A stretch of DNA of 64,000 bases from Octopus vulgaris (lineage: Eukaryota): contig OX597814.1 of assembly GCA_951406725.2 (NCBI GenBank), positions 109,802,001 through 109,866,000 of the forward strand, read 5' to 3'. Shown here piece after piece: positions 13,074 to 26,730 of this stretch (its first letter is position 1; the number at the start of each line of letters is the position of its first letter). The notes under the pieces were generated by a model. The model searched no databases. It worked only from the letters and a program-made list of their open reading frames with translations, and had not been told where the DNA came from. Made by a program: the position numbers and the translations under genes.

Positions 13074-13329
13074 GTCAAATTGTGAACCATGCCAGCATGA
13101 AAGAGAGACGTTAAGTGATGATGAGTTCATGCAACAAGAGAAAAATTGAAATTCTGGATAAGCAACGGATATGCATACCAAGTCTACATGAAGAGAGATT
13201 GGCTTATTATTTATATTTAGTATGAAGTTGACCTGAAGACCCGATACAACACATACTCTCTACACTCTTCGGTGGATTTCTATTAAAAAAATTTTGTGAG
13301 GTTTCTCTGTGCTGACCTGTCTTCTAAAA

Positions 13330-13792
13330 TGTAGTGACGCTATCTTTGGAAGCTTTCAGCGCGCATGCGCAGAGTTGGATTACTTCCGGTAGGCCACCGG
13401 AAGTTCCCTTATGCGCATGTGCAGAGAACTGCAAACTGAAAGCGTTCCCTCTAAATCTGTCTTTTTGAATCAGCAACCCTACCGAGTGGATGTGACCAAC
13501 CTTCTCTCAGGGAAAACCCTAATACATAGAGAAGCTCTCGTCTAAGTGGGAACGGAGACGGTAATTTTGGCTCACACAAGTGAACATTTGCGAACAGTCT
13601 TGAGGACTTGGCTACCGGTTCGCCCTTAAGGAAAATTATATGTGTATATATTTTTATTTGCGAAACCCGGAAAATAAAGTATTATTTATTGCCATTGAAG
13701 ACAGTCGGATTTTGGTTCTCCCTTCGACAATTGTATGTAACAAGATAAGACAGACACCCCTCAAGTGTTCCTGAGACCTTCATCTTGTTACA
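13330..13792 (+). mobile_element. Probable solo LTR
   Basis: TGTA...TACA termini, CpG-rich relative to flanks, AATAAA near 13673, imperfect flanking 4-mer AAAA/AAAG. Confidence 0.55.
13352..13443. promoter_or_regulatory. Symmetric NRF1-like + ETS-like motif cluster
   Basis: GCGCATGCGC (13361-70), ACTTCCGGT (13382-90), ACCGGAAGT (13396-404), TGCGCATGTGCA (13412-23), bracketed by GCTTTCAG/CTGAAAGC. Confidence 0.5.
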
Positions 13793-16700
13793 AAAGCAAT
13801 GGTTCTCATCCTGGACTGTAGTGTCCACTTGAGGTGTTATTCTCTCACAAAAATGCAGTAAATGTTCCTAGGGGTGATGGCGAATGTAAAAGGGGTGGAA
13901 AATATCAAAGCTTTTCTAATCCAAAGGAAATCTTGATCTCCAGCTTAACGTGGATATCTTAAAACATAGATTACTGTATTATTTATCCTGAGAGAGGATC
14001 TCTCATAAGGATTGATGGTCCATAGATGTTCTTGTAATTATATCGCTGACAGACGAAAAACATCTGCTATGGCCACCTGAACTTCCAGATCATGTAATTT
14101 CACCCTATGGTTTCTAATCAGTTTCTGTCTACCTAATTTCACTCAAAAGGATTGGGTTGACCCGAGGCAGCGGCAGAAGATACCCAAGATGCGAGATTGA
14201 AACTGAGACTTCTTTACCATTCAGCCGTGCTGTATTTTCATGGGAGTAAGCGGCAGTAGCAACACTCATTGCCTCCTCCACCACCACCACAACAACAAAT
14301 AACAAGCATAACAATAACTACCACAACTGCAACATCGGCGATGACAACCACAACGAGAATAAAAGCAACAACAACGACATCGATAACAAAAACGAGAACA
14401 GCTACAACAACGACAAAAACAAAGACGAAAACAAATAAAGACAACAATAATCTCTAACACCACTACGCCGTCTGTGAGTATTTAATAATCTAGAGATGCT
14501 TTATGACAGGAATATTGAATTATTTCATGGTGTGATGGCAGAACCGTGTTATATTCCAATATCTCATTGACAGACAACATTAATAAATGACATATTACGA
14601 AACTCGTTCACACTGAAAAGAATCGCAGTCTTTGATACCGTTAAAGACTCGCAAAGTAAGATCAATCGTTACTGATAAATTCGTTGCATTTCTGTAATTA
14701 TGTCACATCGTTTAACGTCCACTTTTCCACGCTTGCATGGGTCAGACAGAGTTTGTTGAAGCAAATTCCATACAGCTGGATGCCTTTCCTGTGGTCAGCC
14801 CTTGCTTGTTGCCAAGGAAGGTAATATTTTCCCATGGACAGACATGATTTTTACAGAAGACTGGAAACGAACAGTATCACTTCTATGGCGGTGATGCTTG
14901 CTTTCAACCATCACACGATGTCAAGAAAAAGTACACATGTGCACACACACACACACACGCACACACACACAACAAGCATCTTTCAGTTTCTGTCTCCCAA
15001 ATTCACTCTTAAGGATTTGGTCGGGTCAGGGTTATAGTGGAAAACACTTGCTCAAGTTATCGCACAGTTGGACTGAATCCGAAATAAAACACACACACAC
15101 ACGCGTGTGTGTGTGTGTTTCGACATCATGTTATGGTTGTAAAACAGACATCAGTGTCATAAATTCGATGTTGTCTGTTTCCAGTCTTCCATGAAAACAT
15201 GTCTGAACAAAAGGAAATGTAACCCTGTTTGGAAACAAGTGAGAGTTCCTAATAAGAAGTACATCCAGTCGTAGAAAATCTGCCTCAATAAGATCCGTCT
15301 GACCCATGCAAGCATGGAAACGTGGATGCTAAAATGATGATGATGATAATGATGACAATAACAGACTTCTTTAAGTTTCCGTACATCAAATCCACTCAAA
15401 GGCTTTGGTCAGCTTGAGGTACGATAGAAAACATTGGGCTGAAGTATCACTCAGTGGAACTGAACCCAATACCACTTGGTTGGGAAGCAAACCACGCAGC
15501 CACGCCTGTGCTTAAGTATGTCGTATATTTTGTGCAAAGATTAAAATGTGAACCACATTCATATCATATTACATAAAAAAAGCTTCTTACATAACAGGAG
15601 TTACATTTAGCTGTCTTGAAGTTCCATATCAGCAAGACATGATTCCAGCATATTAATGTGTTATAAACATTGTGGTTTTCCATGCAAGACCAGTTCACAT
15701 TTTACATCACCTCTTCTACGGCATCAGTAGACACAAATAATCAATAAATGTTGTATCTAACAGAACTGAGTGTGTGTGTAACGAGTTAGGCATATTCGTG
15801 AAGATAAAAGAAAAAATATTATACGGTTCGCCATGCCGCATGGTTATGAAACAGTTCATAATGTAAAAAAAATATTTAATATCTTTCAAATATTTAATAT
15901 ATCTTAAAACACATTTAGTTTTGCTGCAATATATAACACCAGATTTCTGTCTACAATTCACTGACGACAACTGCATAATTGAGCGGCAGAGGTGTAACAC
16001 TTTCAGGTAACCATGCTGTATGTAGAATGTGATGTAAAGTTATTTCAACATTTGAGTGTACACGAATATGTTAAAAATAAATATACATGGATTTAACTGA
16101 ACTAGAGCTACTGGTTCTGTCTTGAGTGAATGAATTCCAGCTTGACAAAGCTTTGGACGCACTAGCACACATATTTTTTGCTGCTTACATATAACAACAG
16201 CAGTTCTTAATGAGTTGTGAACAAATGATTCAGTTGTTCATCAAATTATAACAGATGAAGCAGGGCCACACAGAAACACACGCTTTATAAACTGATGCCA
16301 TCATCCACAGCCCATTTGAGTGTACACGAATATGTTAATTATAAATGTTTACAACTTTAACTTATCCATCGCTGCTTAGTGTGCCTTTAATTAATTAATG
16401 AATTCCAGCTTGATAAAGCTTAGCACATGCCAAATGTATTTTTTGACGCTTACATATAAAGGTCGACCAAAGCCTTGTGAATAGATTTGCTGGACAGAAA
16501 CTGAAAGAAGTCTGTTGTGCGTGCGTAGTATGTGTGTGTATAAGAATAATATAACACGAGAATGAAGGATATCAGGTTTTAATAATAGACCACAACATTT
16601 GTTTTTGCTCAGCACACGAGCTTTAAGTTGCCGACTCTATATTTATATACCAGTATACAATATTATTCTTTATAATTACAATATAATTGAATCTTTTTCA

Positions 16701-18966
16701 TCAACACTCGATGAAGCGCCCACACACAGCTGTTTCTGGAAAAGATTCAACAATATTATAATTGTAAAGAATGATCATGTATAATTAGTATTTGAATTTA
16801 AATTCAGCAACTTAAACCTGTTATCATCATCATCATCATCACCACCACCACCACCACCATCACCATCATCATCATCATCGTTTAACATTCGCTTTCCATG
16901 CTGGCATGGGTTGGATGATTTGACTGAGGGCTGGCGAACCAGAAGGCTGCACCAGTCTCCAATCTGATCTGGCAAAGTTTCTACAGCTGGATGTCCTTCC
17001 TAATGCCAACCACTCCGAGAGACTAGTTGTGCGGTGCAGAAACAAATGTGGTCTACTATTAAAGCCTGTTATCCTCCATCCTTGTGTTATATTATTCTTA
17101 AATTAATCTTATGCAAAGGTGAGTTCCGCATGTGTATCCACCCCTGGAATATACCCTACTATAGGATAACAGATGGTGGTGAAATAATGGCATAAGGGCT
17201 CTTAAATGCACGTTACGATTTTTTTTACCCGAATTATACGATGTGTGTGTGTGTTTATCTCACACCACTGCTTGAAGACCTGTGTTGGTGTGTTTATGTT
17301 CCTGTAACTTAGCAGTTTGGCAAAAGAGACTGATAGAATAAGTACCAGACCTAAAAATGAGTACTGGGGCTAATTTGTTTGATTAAAACCGTGAAGGGTT
17401 TGCCCCAGAATGGCCCGAGTCCAGTGACTGAAACAGGTAAAAGATGTGTGTGTGTGTGTCATTGTCTTCATAACACGGGATAGTTGTAAACAAGTGTCAC
17501 TGTCCTTCAAGCGCTTGTTTCCAGTCTTCTCACGTAAAACATCTCTGGGTATGAGAAAACATTACCTCAGCTGCAAACTGGTGAGCGTTGGTGACAGGAA
17601 AGGTATCCAGTCGTAGAAAATCTGCGTCAACAAATTCCATCTGACCCATGCAAGCATGGAAAAGTAGACGTTAAAATGATGATGATGATGATGACTGAGC
17701 CTGTCACAGTTTGTAATAAGACAGTGCCTTTTGAATGACAGAAATAACCCATCTGATGGGCTTCTGTGCAGTTTCCATCTGCCCAGGTTTACTCACAATG
17801 TTTGGTTTGGCTGGATGCCATAGAAAATGACATTTGCCTAAGATGCAACGAAGTAAGATTGAACCCGAAATTTCTTGGTTGCCAAGCGAACTTTGTAACC
17901 ATTCAACCAAACTTTGGGCATCTAATTACATATATTATTAAGTGTAAAGAGTAATAAAAGCCTCCTTCCCTTCACATCAAACGAAGGAGAGAAGAGGGTG
18001 AAGAGGAGGAGAAGTAAGTAGAAACAATGTGGGCTGGGGGGGAAGAAATGAAACAAAAAAACATGTATAAAAGAACAAAGAAATGAGAAAGAAGGAAGAA
18101 AGATAATGATGATAATGAAAGAAGATAAGAAAGAAGAACTTTGATGTTAAAAAAAAGGGAAAAAAGAAACAACTTATCTCACCCTGCTTTCCTCATTTAT
18201 TAAACACAGAAGGTGGCTTGTTTAGTCTCAGAAGCGACACCAGATTATATTTAACTAAACACTTCTTGTATTATATATACACACAGGGAAGGACAGACAG
18301 ACAACAAACAGACACACAGACACAATAAGCAAAACACACACATACATGCATGTTTAAATTCACCCACACACAACATAACATAAATAACAACAAACACAAC
18401 ACGTGTTCAAATCCTCCTGTAATTGATTTTTCCCGTCCCTCACCCAGTATCCTCACTTAAAAAAATCAATCGACCGTGAAGGTTGCCACATTTAAAAGCT
18501 ATTTTTTTGGACTGTTTTAATATTTTTGGCTTCTGTGATTGTTTTTTTAATGTCTCGCTTGTGGATTGTGGACCATGGAGCATCACACTAGCAGGAATGT
18601 ATTTTCACACGCAAGGAAAGAACTAGGCATACGTACACAAACATACACAAACATTCGTATACGTACATCAACCATACATGCACATACAAACATGAAGGTT
18701 GAGTTCCCTGGAATACACTCACTATCAAACGCCTACGTATACATAATGGGTAATAAAATAATTACACACACACATGCAGAACACTAAAGAGACGTACATA
18801 CACCAATACATGAATGACTGTATGTATATATATAGATATACACACACAAACACACACACACGCGCATATATATACACATATACACACAACAGCCAGTTAT
18901 CCACACATCATTGCTTATAGATCCCAACACACACCATAGCCTATACACACCACTGTTGCTATATCC

Positions 18967-18998
<32 letters not shown>

Positions 18999-19092
18999 AT
19001 TGCAGCTGTATCCACCCACGTCACAACCGGTATATCCTCAAACACATACACACAAATTCATGTTTTACGTATTCATAAATAAATCCCTGTAA

Positions 19093-19310
19093 GCTAGGGG
19101 CTAAACACAGAGAGGACAAACAAGGTCAGACAAACGGATTAAGTCGATTATAGCGACCCCAGTGCTTAACTGGTACTTATTTAAACGACCCCGAAAAGAT
19201 GAAAGGCAAAGTTGACCTCGGCGGAATTTGAACTCAGAATGTAACGACAGACGAAATACCACTAAGCATTTCGCCCGGCACGCTAACGTGTCTGCCAGCT
19301 CGCCGCCTTA
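19093..19310 (-). mobile_element. Family B SINE
   Basis: Reverse complement of the family B consensus, ending CCAGCTCGCCGCCTT. Confidence 0.85.
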
Positions 19311-19586
19311 GAGCTAATGAACTTATAGCTACTGTGTGTATGTGTGTGTGTGCGTGTGTCCATGAAGCGATAAGGCTGCCTTATTTTTTTAAGGACATTT
19401 GTCAATGCATTTTCTTTCACTCGGAGCCAGGAGCTATAAAACCAATTTCAAACAATCCAAATTACTACAAGTGACAGGTTTTTAGCACATCTGATGATCT
19501 CTTTCCTATCATCATCATCATTGTCATTATCGTTTAACATCCTCCTTCCATGCTGGCTTGGGTGGGATGGTTTGACAGGAGACGGC

Positions 19587-20083
19587 CACGAAATTTTTTT
19601 CCCCACGATAGTTCTGGACCCCAGTTATGAACTCATTTGCATACAGCCAATCAGAGCTCAGCTATCAAACTAATTTATGATGATGATTACGAGTGATGGG
19701 CGATAAGGTAAGATCACTTGGGTAAGGAATGAGCATGTGTCTTTTCTCTTTTAAGAATTCTTGTTGTTCTTGTTCTTGTTTCAACCATGGCTGCCTCTGT
19801 GTTGTTGTTTACTTTGTAAAACAGTAAGAGGAGAGGGTTGCCAGTACATCACCCTCTACCCACATCTTTACCATATGGGGCCCTAACAAAATCCGATAAC
19901 AGGTATAGATGCCTATTTATTTAATTACTTGTCTCCTAAAATCAGGCATAACTTGGTGACCGGTTGACTTACAATACTGTTCTTTGTCTTGAATTTACTT
20001 GGTTTTAACTTGACAACCAGGTCAAGGTGAGCAGATGAGTTCATTGCTGGGGTCCAGAACTCTCGTGGGGAAAAAATTATGTG
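19587..20083. mobile_element. Non-autonomous TIR element (CAC...GTG termini, ~58-bp TIRs)
   Basis: CACGAAATTTTTTTCCCCACGATAGTTCTGGACCCCAG... / ...CTGGGGTCCAGAACTCTCGTGGGGAAAAAATTATGTG; flanking GC/GC dinucleotide. Confidence 0.6.
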
Positions 20084-20583
20084 GCTGTCTCCTGTCAAAC
20101 CAGACTTCTATGTCTGTCGTGGCAGGGTTTTTACGGCTGGATGCCCTTCCTAACACCAACCACCTGGCAAAGTGGACTGAGTGCTTTTTATGTGGCACAA
20201 GCACAGGAGAGGTCAGGTTTGGCAAGGTTTTTACAGCTGGATGCCTTTCCAAACACCAACCATTTTACAGTGTGGACTGGGTGCTTTTTATGTGCCAGTG
20301 GCACACAGTAGATGGAAACTATGTCAAAGCTTAATAGAAGGGGTGGGGAATGATCCTGTTTTTGGTGGAAGAGTAATATATATTGAGTTCATGTTTTGGC
20401 ACAAAGGTAAGTTGATTACGTCAACCCCCAGTGTTCAACCCGTAATTATTTTATAGACCCGCCAAAAGGACGAAAGGGGTTCATGAGAAAACCCATTTAA
20501 ATAAAAAGATTGGGGACCATTGACTTATAACACCATCGTTGAACATCTGCCTTCCAAATTGGCATGGGTGGGATGGTTTAACA

Positions 20584-20807
20584 CAGGGGTGGGCAAACTA
20601 CGGCCCGCGGGTCACATGCGCCCCGCCATGGTTTTCATGCGGCCCGCCGAGAGGAATATTTCACAAAATTTCCTTTCAATCAATTGTGTGTTTATAGGTC
20701 TATAACCGCCTTTAAAAATATTTTCACTTGATTTTTATAAATGAGGCCCGCCAAGGTTCCAAAGACGCACTGTGCGGCCCGTGATCAAAAAAGTTCGCCC
20801 ACCCCTG
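20584..20807. mobile_element. hAT (Charlie/OC1-like) MITE
   Basis: TIR CAGGGGTGGGCAAACT / AGTTCGCCCACCCCTG, subterminal GGCCCG repeats, 8-bp TSD GTTTAACA/GTTTAACT. Confidence 0.9.
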
Positions 20808-21265
20808 GTTTAACTGAAGCATTTGAACTCCGAACAAAATGTCAGAAGAAATGCCGCAAAGCAGTTTTTCTGGTGCAGAAATGATTCTGTCAGCTCAGCA
20901 CCATAGCAGACTGCATTTATTACTCAGTTTAACACTCTACCGGACCCTTAAGCGCTTTTGGAAGCGTCCATTCTGCTGCAAGCACTCTAGCTAAATCTCT
21001 AGTTTTAGGATAAATCCCCTGTCTTCATTGCATAAAAGTCTTGGAGATGCTGTTGGAAGGTTTGGCATGATCATGGGTATGATTGCTCTTACTTAAAAAA
21101 ACAAAAATTCAAAAAATGAAGAATATCACATCTAAAGTTTAAATCTTGGCTAGTGCAGCTTTCATATTGGAAATTTACAGACACTTTTTTCAATAATATC
21201 TATAATTTTTAGTGGTGGTGGTGGGTGAGGGAATTCAAAATTATGCCACGTAAAAAGCACTGAGT

Positions 21266-21710
21266 CCCATATGCCATACTCGTACGCCATGCTCATACAC
21301 TATACCCATATGGCATGCCCCAATACAATGCCTGTATGCTATGCCTGTACACTATAACTGTATGCTACGCCCTTACACCATGCCATATGCTATGCCTATA
21401 TACCATGCCCGTACACCTTGCCCATATGCCATGCTCATATGCTATGCCGGAACACTATGCATGTACACTATGCCCATACACTACGCCCGTATGCTATACC
21501 TGTACGCTACGCTCATACACCATGCTGTATGCCATGCCCATACACCATGCCTCTATGTTATGCCCATATGCCATGCCCGTAGACCATGCCTGTACCCCAT
21601 GCTCATACACTATGTCTGTACACTGTGCCCATATGCTATGCCTGTATGCTATACCTGTACACCATGCTGTATGCTATGCTTATATGCTATGCCCATACAC
21701 TATGGCTGTA
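21266..21710. repeat. Degenerate ~18-bp minisatellite (ATGCCATGCCCATACACC-like)
   Basis: Repeated ATGC(C/T)ATGC...TACAC units; source of the MLCPY/MPIH ORFs. Confidence 0.85.
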
Positions 21711-22619
21711 GGCAGTAACAGAGTGAATTTTTAAGGCTTGTAAACCTCCATTGATGTCTTATGTCAGCTCTGTTACCAATTAGATGAAACAATCCTGGGT
21801 TTCTGAGATAAAGAATTTTTATATTTTATGCATTGGTTTGAGTGATGTCCTCATCTTGGTTGTTACATTTCATCATCATGCTCCCCACCCCACCTTCTGT
21901 TAGGAAGGGAATCCAGCTGGCTGTAGAAACACTGCCAGATCAGATTGGAGCCTGGTGCAGCCATCTGGTTCGCCAGACCTCAGTCAAATCGTCCAACCCA
22001 TGCTAGCATGGAAAGTGGACGTTAAATGATGATAATGATATATATATATATATATGACGGGCTTCTTTCAGTTTCTATCTACCAAATCCACTCACAAGGC
22101 TTTGGTCGGCCCGAGGCTATAGTAGAAGACAATTGCCCAAGGTGCCACATAGTGGGACTGAACTTGGGACCATGTGATTGGTAAGCAAGCTACTTACCAT
22201 ACAACCACTTCTTATTTATTTATTTTTTCTGAAAGTTTTCATTGTGTCTTGCAAAAGAAATAATTAAATGAATGGAAACCAGACCAGTGAGTGTGTTAAA
22301 TGAATAAAGCACTAAAAAAGAATGACCCTCCCCAGACAATAAAATATGCTGCAACACACGAATTCACATAAAGAATCTTGCAAGCCAAATACCAAAACGA
22401 AATATATGTGTGTGTGTTTGTCCTCCACCAGTGCTTGATAACCGGTGTTGGTGTGTTTATGTCCTTGTAACTTAGTGGTTTAGCAAAAGAGACTGATAAG
22501 GTAAGTACCAGGTTTTAAAAGAATGTACTGGAGTAAAACCATTCAAATAAAAATTCTTCAAGGTGGTGCCTCAGCTTGAAGTCTAATGACTGAAACATAT
22601 AAAAGATAAAAGATATATA

Positions 22620-22963
22620 GACTCAGGAATGGCTGTGTGGTTAGAACCTGTTAGAACCTGGCTGTGTGGTTAGAACCACGTGCTTCTAGGTTCAGTCCCA
22701 CTGTGTGGAACCTTGGGCAAGTGTCTTCTACTATAGCCTCAGGCTGACCAAAGCCTTGTGAATGGATTCGACTGAAGGAAACTGAAAAGAAGCCTGTCAT
22801 ATGTGTGTGTGTGTGTCTGTCTGTTTGTCACCCACCACCACTTGACAACTGTTGTTGGTGTGTTTACATCCCTTTAACTTAGTGGTTTGGCAAAAGAGCT
22901 GATAGAGGCTTGGTGCTCCAGCATGGCCACAGTCTAATGACTGAAACAAGTCAAAGATAAAAG
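22620..22963 (+). mobile_element. Family A SINE (adjacent partial copies at ~22050-22210 and ~22410-22615)
   Basis: GGCTGTGTGGTTAGA...GTTCAGTCCCACTG...GACTGAAACAAG. Confidence 0.8.
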
Positions 22964-24013
22964 ATATCAGGATCCAGAACTTCTGTACTTACATCATCAG
23001 AATCTGAGTCAATAGGAAAATGAGATCACAGATGATGAAGACGAAGAAGGAGTGTTGACATCAAGGATCGGACAAAGAGGATGGAACCTGGTGGAGGGCA
23101 CTGATGCAGCATAAGACTGCTTCCTGTTGCAAGGAATGGTAAATGTATCTGAGGCCATCAACCCTCCAACCTTGAGGAAGGCATATTTATTTCATGCATT
23201 TCCTCCAAGCCGTTCACTCATACAGTGTTCGTCATACTCTCTCTTTAAGATATTATCAAGTTACCATTTTAACAACAGTTCTGGGCAACTATTCAAATTT
23301 GAAATTGCTTTCTTTACTTAGAATGGGAAAAGACAAGACATTGCGATGATTACAATGTGTGTGTGTGTTTGTGTTTGTGAGTTTGAGTGTGTTATTGTGT
23401 GTATGAAAGAGTGTTTGTGTGTGTGGTTGTGATGTTTTGTTTGTTGGACGCCGTGTTTATTACTATAATTAACGCTGAGAGGAGATTACTGCTGATTAAA
23501 TGACAACAGAAATAAATTAAAAATTAACGAATATGTGTTATCGTTGAGTTCAAAATTCCTTGTTGAGATTTTGCAAGTTTGTTGAGTGACCGGATGTGAA
23601 ATGAAAATAATTGCTAAATGATTAAAGAGAGGTAATGGTGATGACAGGGGTAGGGTGGAAGAGAAGTAAAGGCAAACTTTGATGAAGAAGCTTACTTTTG
23701 CAACCATCTGGTTTTGGGTTCAATCCTACAGTGTGGTACCTCTTCAGAAATGTCTTTTAATGTTGATCAACTCTTCGTTTCCCATTGTTTCAGCATGTTG
23801 TGAATGGGAAACCCTGCAATGGACTGGTCTCCAGTCCAGGGAAAATGTTGGCCTGCTCACCTAAGCAGCAGGGTGGCATTATTTGAAAGCTGTAACAATG
23901 TAAGAAAGTGCATTGTGGCCAGTGATATGTAACAACATTTGATAGTCTGGCCACTAGAATGATATGACAGACATGACAGAAGTAAATAGAAACTCCATAG
24001 AAGATTGTTTTAT

Positions 24014-24428
24014 ACTCTTTACTCTCTTTTATTCTTTTACTTGTTTCAGTCATTTGACTGTGCCCAAGCTGGAGCACTGCCTTTAGTCAAGCAAATCGAC
24101 CCCAGGACTTAATCTTTGTAAGCCCAATACTTATTCTATTAGTCTCTTTTGCTGAACTGCTAAGTTACGGGGATGTAAACACACCAGCATCGGTTGTCAA
24201 GCTATGTTGGGGGGACAAACACAGACACACAAACATACATATATATATACACATATATACGACAGGCTTCTTTCAGTTTCCGTCTACCAAATCCACTCTC
24301 AAGGCTTTGGTCGGCCTGAGGCTATAGTAGAAGACACTTGCCCAAGGTGCTATGCAGTGGGACTGAACCCGGAACCATGTGGTTGGTAAGCAAGCAACTT
24401 ACCACACAGCCATTCCTACGCCTATGCG
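24014..24428 (-). mobile_element. Family A SINE, near full length
   Basis: Complete reverse-complement copy including head and tail. Confidence 0.88.
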
Positions 24429-24508
24429 TATTTTAATTTGAAAAGGTGTATATTTTTTTATTATTTTACTTATTTATGTTTCAGGTTCTATAATGTGACT
24501 GTTTAATC

Positions 24509-25454
24509 ATGCCACATAGAAAAGAAACCTCAGAAGTGTCCGAATTTCAAAGAAGCTCTATTGTGGGTTAATTTCAAGGTGTACTTAGTATAAAATTGCA
24601 GAAACCTTGGGATTTTACTTTCTGCAGTTAATAGAGTGATTATGCAATTCACCAGAGAGGGGAAAGAGTCCACATCACCTAGCCCAGGTTGACCCTTCAC
24701 TTTGTTAAGAGAAGTGTGGACGATAATCCTCATTTCAAGGCCTCTGACATGGCAGAACAAGTTGATGTCAGTCCCAGAACAGCTGACAGGTGTCTCCACA
24801 AACTTGGCTACAATGGCAGAGCAGCAAGAAGGAAGCCACCTCTTCAACCAACCAATATCAAGCAGAGAAAAGATTGGGCCAGTGAGATGGTGGAGAGGCC
24901 ACTAGCATTTTGGGACACTGTCATATTCCCTGATGAGTCCAAATTTGCTCTATTTTCTGACAGTGGTCAAGTGTGGGTCTGGAGACTCTATGATCAAGAA
25001 TTTGCTGCCAACGATGAAACACAGCAGCTACTTTGTGATGGTCTGGGGAGCAATTTGGAGCAATGGTTGATCAGAGCTGGTGGAGTGTGATGGAAACATA
25101 AACTCAGATGAATATGTGCCCATATTGCAGAAAGGATTCCTTCCGATCTCCTCCAGTAGTGAAATGATTTAAGAAGACTCTTTATTTATTGTCACACAGT
25201 TAAAAGGACCCAAAATTGGTTGGAAGAAAATGACATTAAGAAGCTTCCATAGCCAAGCCAGTCACCAGATATGAACTTTATTGAACACCTCTGGAGCATA
25301 ATGTATAGGACACTTTATATAAAAAAAACAAGAAAACATCCTCAAAGTTATATGTTTTGAGATTACTGCAGGAAATTCCTCAGGAGAATAACTGTCATCT
25401 GCCATTAGGGTCCTTGCATTGAAAAATGCAAAGGGCATGTCTACTAAATATTAG
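24509..25454 (+). pseudogene. Tc1-family (DDE) transposase remnant
   Basis: MPHRKETSEVSEFQRSSIVG..., ...GYNGRAARRKP...FWDTVIFPDESKF..., ...P*PSQSPDMNFIEHLW..., ...AKGMSTKY*; multiple stops and frameshifts. Confidence 0.9.
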
Positions 25455-25467
25455 ATATTCACATTAT

Positions 25468-25770
25468 TGTTGTTTGTTTGTTCCTTCTCAAGCTACACCT
25501 GGCTCATAAGGGCTGGTTTCCCAGTTTCCTTGGCGTATAGGTTCCCCACCTGGACAAGACACCGGTCCATCGCAGGTGATCTGCAAGATGCAGGAGGAAA
25601 GAGAGAGAAAGATGTTGCAAAAAAGTCAGCAGAAGTTCACCATTCTGCTGGCGTTGCATAGAGCTTAGGTGTTTCACTCATGAACACACACATCACCCGG
25701 TCTGAGATTCGAACCCGCAATCCCTCGACTGCGAGTCCACTGCTCTAACCACTAGGCCATGTGCTTCCAC
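25468..25770 (-). mobile_element. tRNA-derived SINE with V-domain-like core
   Basis: Minus strand: TGGCCTAGTGG (A box), GGTTCGAATC (B box), CCTGCGATGGACCGGTGTCTTGTCCAGG core, (AAC/AAAC)n tail; 13-bp TSD ATATTCACATTAT (25455-67) / ATATTTACATTAT (25771-83). Confidence 0.85.
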
Positions 25771-26524
25771 ATATTTACATTATAATAATTAATAAATAAT
25801 TTGAATATATAATTTCAGATTTAAGTAAATTTTAATGATTATATTAATGTCTAAAGGGCTTCTATTTACTTCTATCATGTCTGTGTACATCATCATCATT
25901 TAATGTCCGTTGTCCATGTTGCCATGGGTTGGATGGTTTGACTGGGCTGGTACGCTGGAAGGCTGTGCCAGGATCCAGTCTGATTTGGCATGGTTTTCTA
26001 TGGCTGGATGCCCTTCCTAATGCCAACCACTCCAGAAAATTCTTTATAAGAAGGCCAAGAATTCTAAATTTGAACCATTTTTTGATAAATTCGATAACAG
26101 AAGAAAATGTCAAAAATGTAAATAAGATGTAAATAAAAAATATATATATATATATAAAATCATCCAACATTCTGACTACTGTATTATTCTAAATATACAA
26201 TATCTGTACATCACTTCAAAACTCTCTACCTTTATATACCTTTTATATACATTATATTATTTTTGTAATTTACTTAATCTTTACTTTTTAATTGTTATTT
26301 TAATTTTAACTTTTCTATTATATGTAATTTTCTAGATGGTGTAATTTAATTATTCATTTTGAATTGATAAAAGGTGTTTTTTTTTCTAATATTATATATA
26401 TATATTATATTGTGTGGAATTTGATTTAGTATTTCTAAATTGAATTCTTTTTCCTTGTAAGTTTGGATTTTATTCCCTCAAATAATAATTATATATATAT
26501 ATATATATATATATACATACATAC

Positions 26525-26730
26525 ATAGTTAATCCAAACATCAACAAAGAGGAAACACAACAATGCGAGGACGTGGAACAAGTATAGTGTTATTGGCCGC
26601 TCAGGAGAGGAAAGAAAGGAGGATTTAACGCTTCAAGTGGAGCTTTTCGTCAGAAACATAGAAAAAGGAAAGGTCCAAGGAAGGGAAGACGAAGAAAGAA
26701 AATCGCCAACGATGCACATGCAGTCACATA
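26525..26730 (-). mobile_element. Penelope-like pseudo-LTR with decayed minimal hammerhead (~26624-26658)
   Basis: Minus strand TTT-CTGACGA-AAAGC-TCC-ACTT-GAAG-CG-TT-AAA fits the minimal type I hammerhead layout, with substitutions. Confidence 0.6.

Noticed and set aside
25680-25770. tRNA genes at A/B-box motifs (also 2570, 44159, 47250, 60345)
   Set aside because: Each continues into a shared SINE body and tail; they are tRNA-derived heads without a complete cloverleaf.
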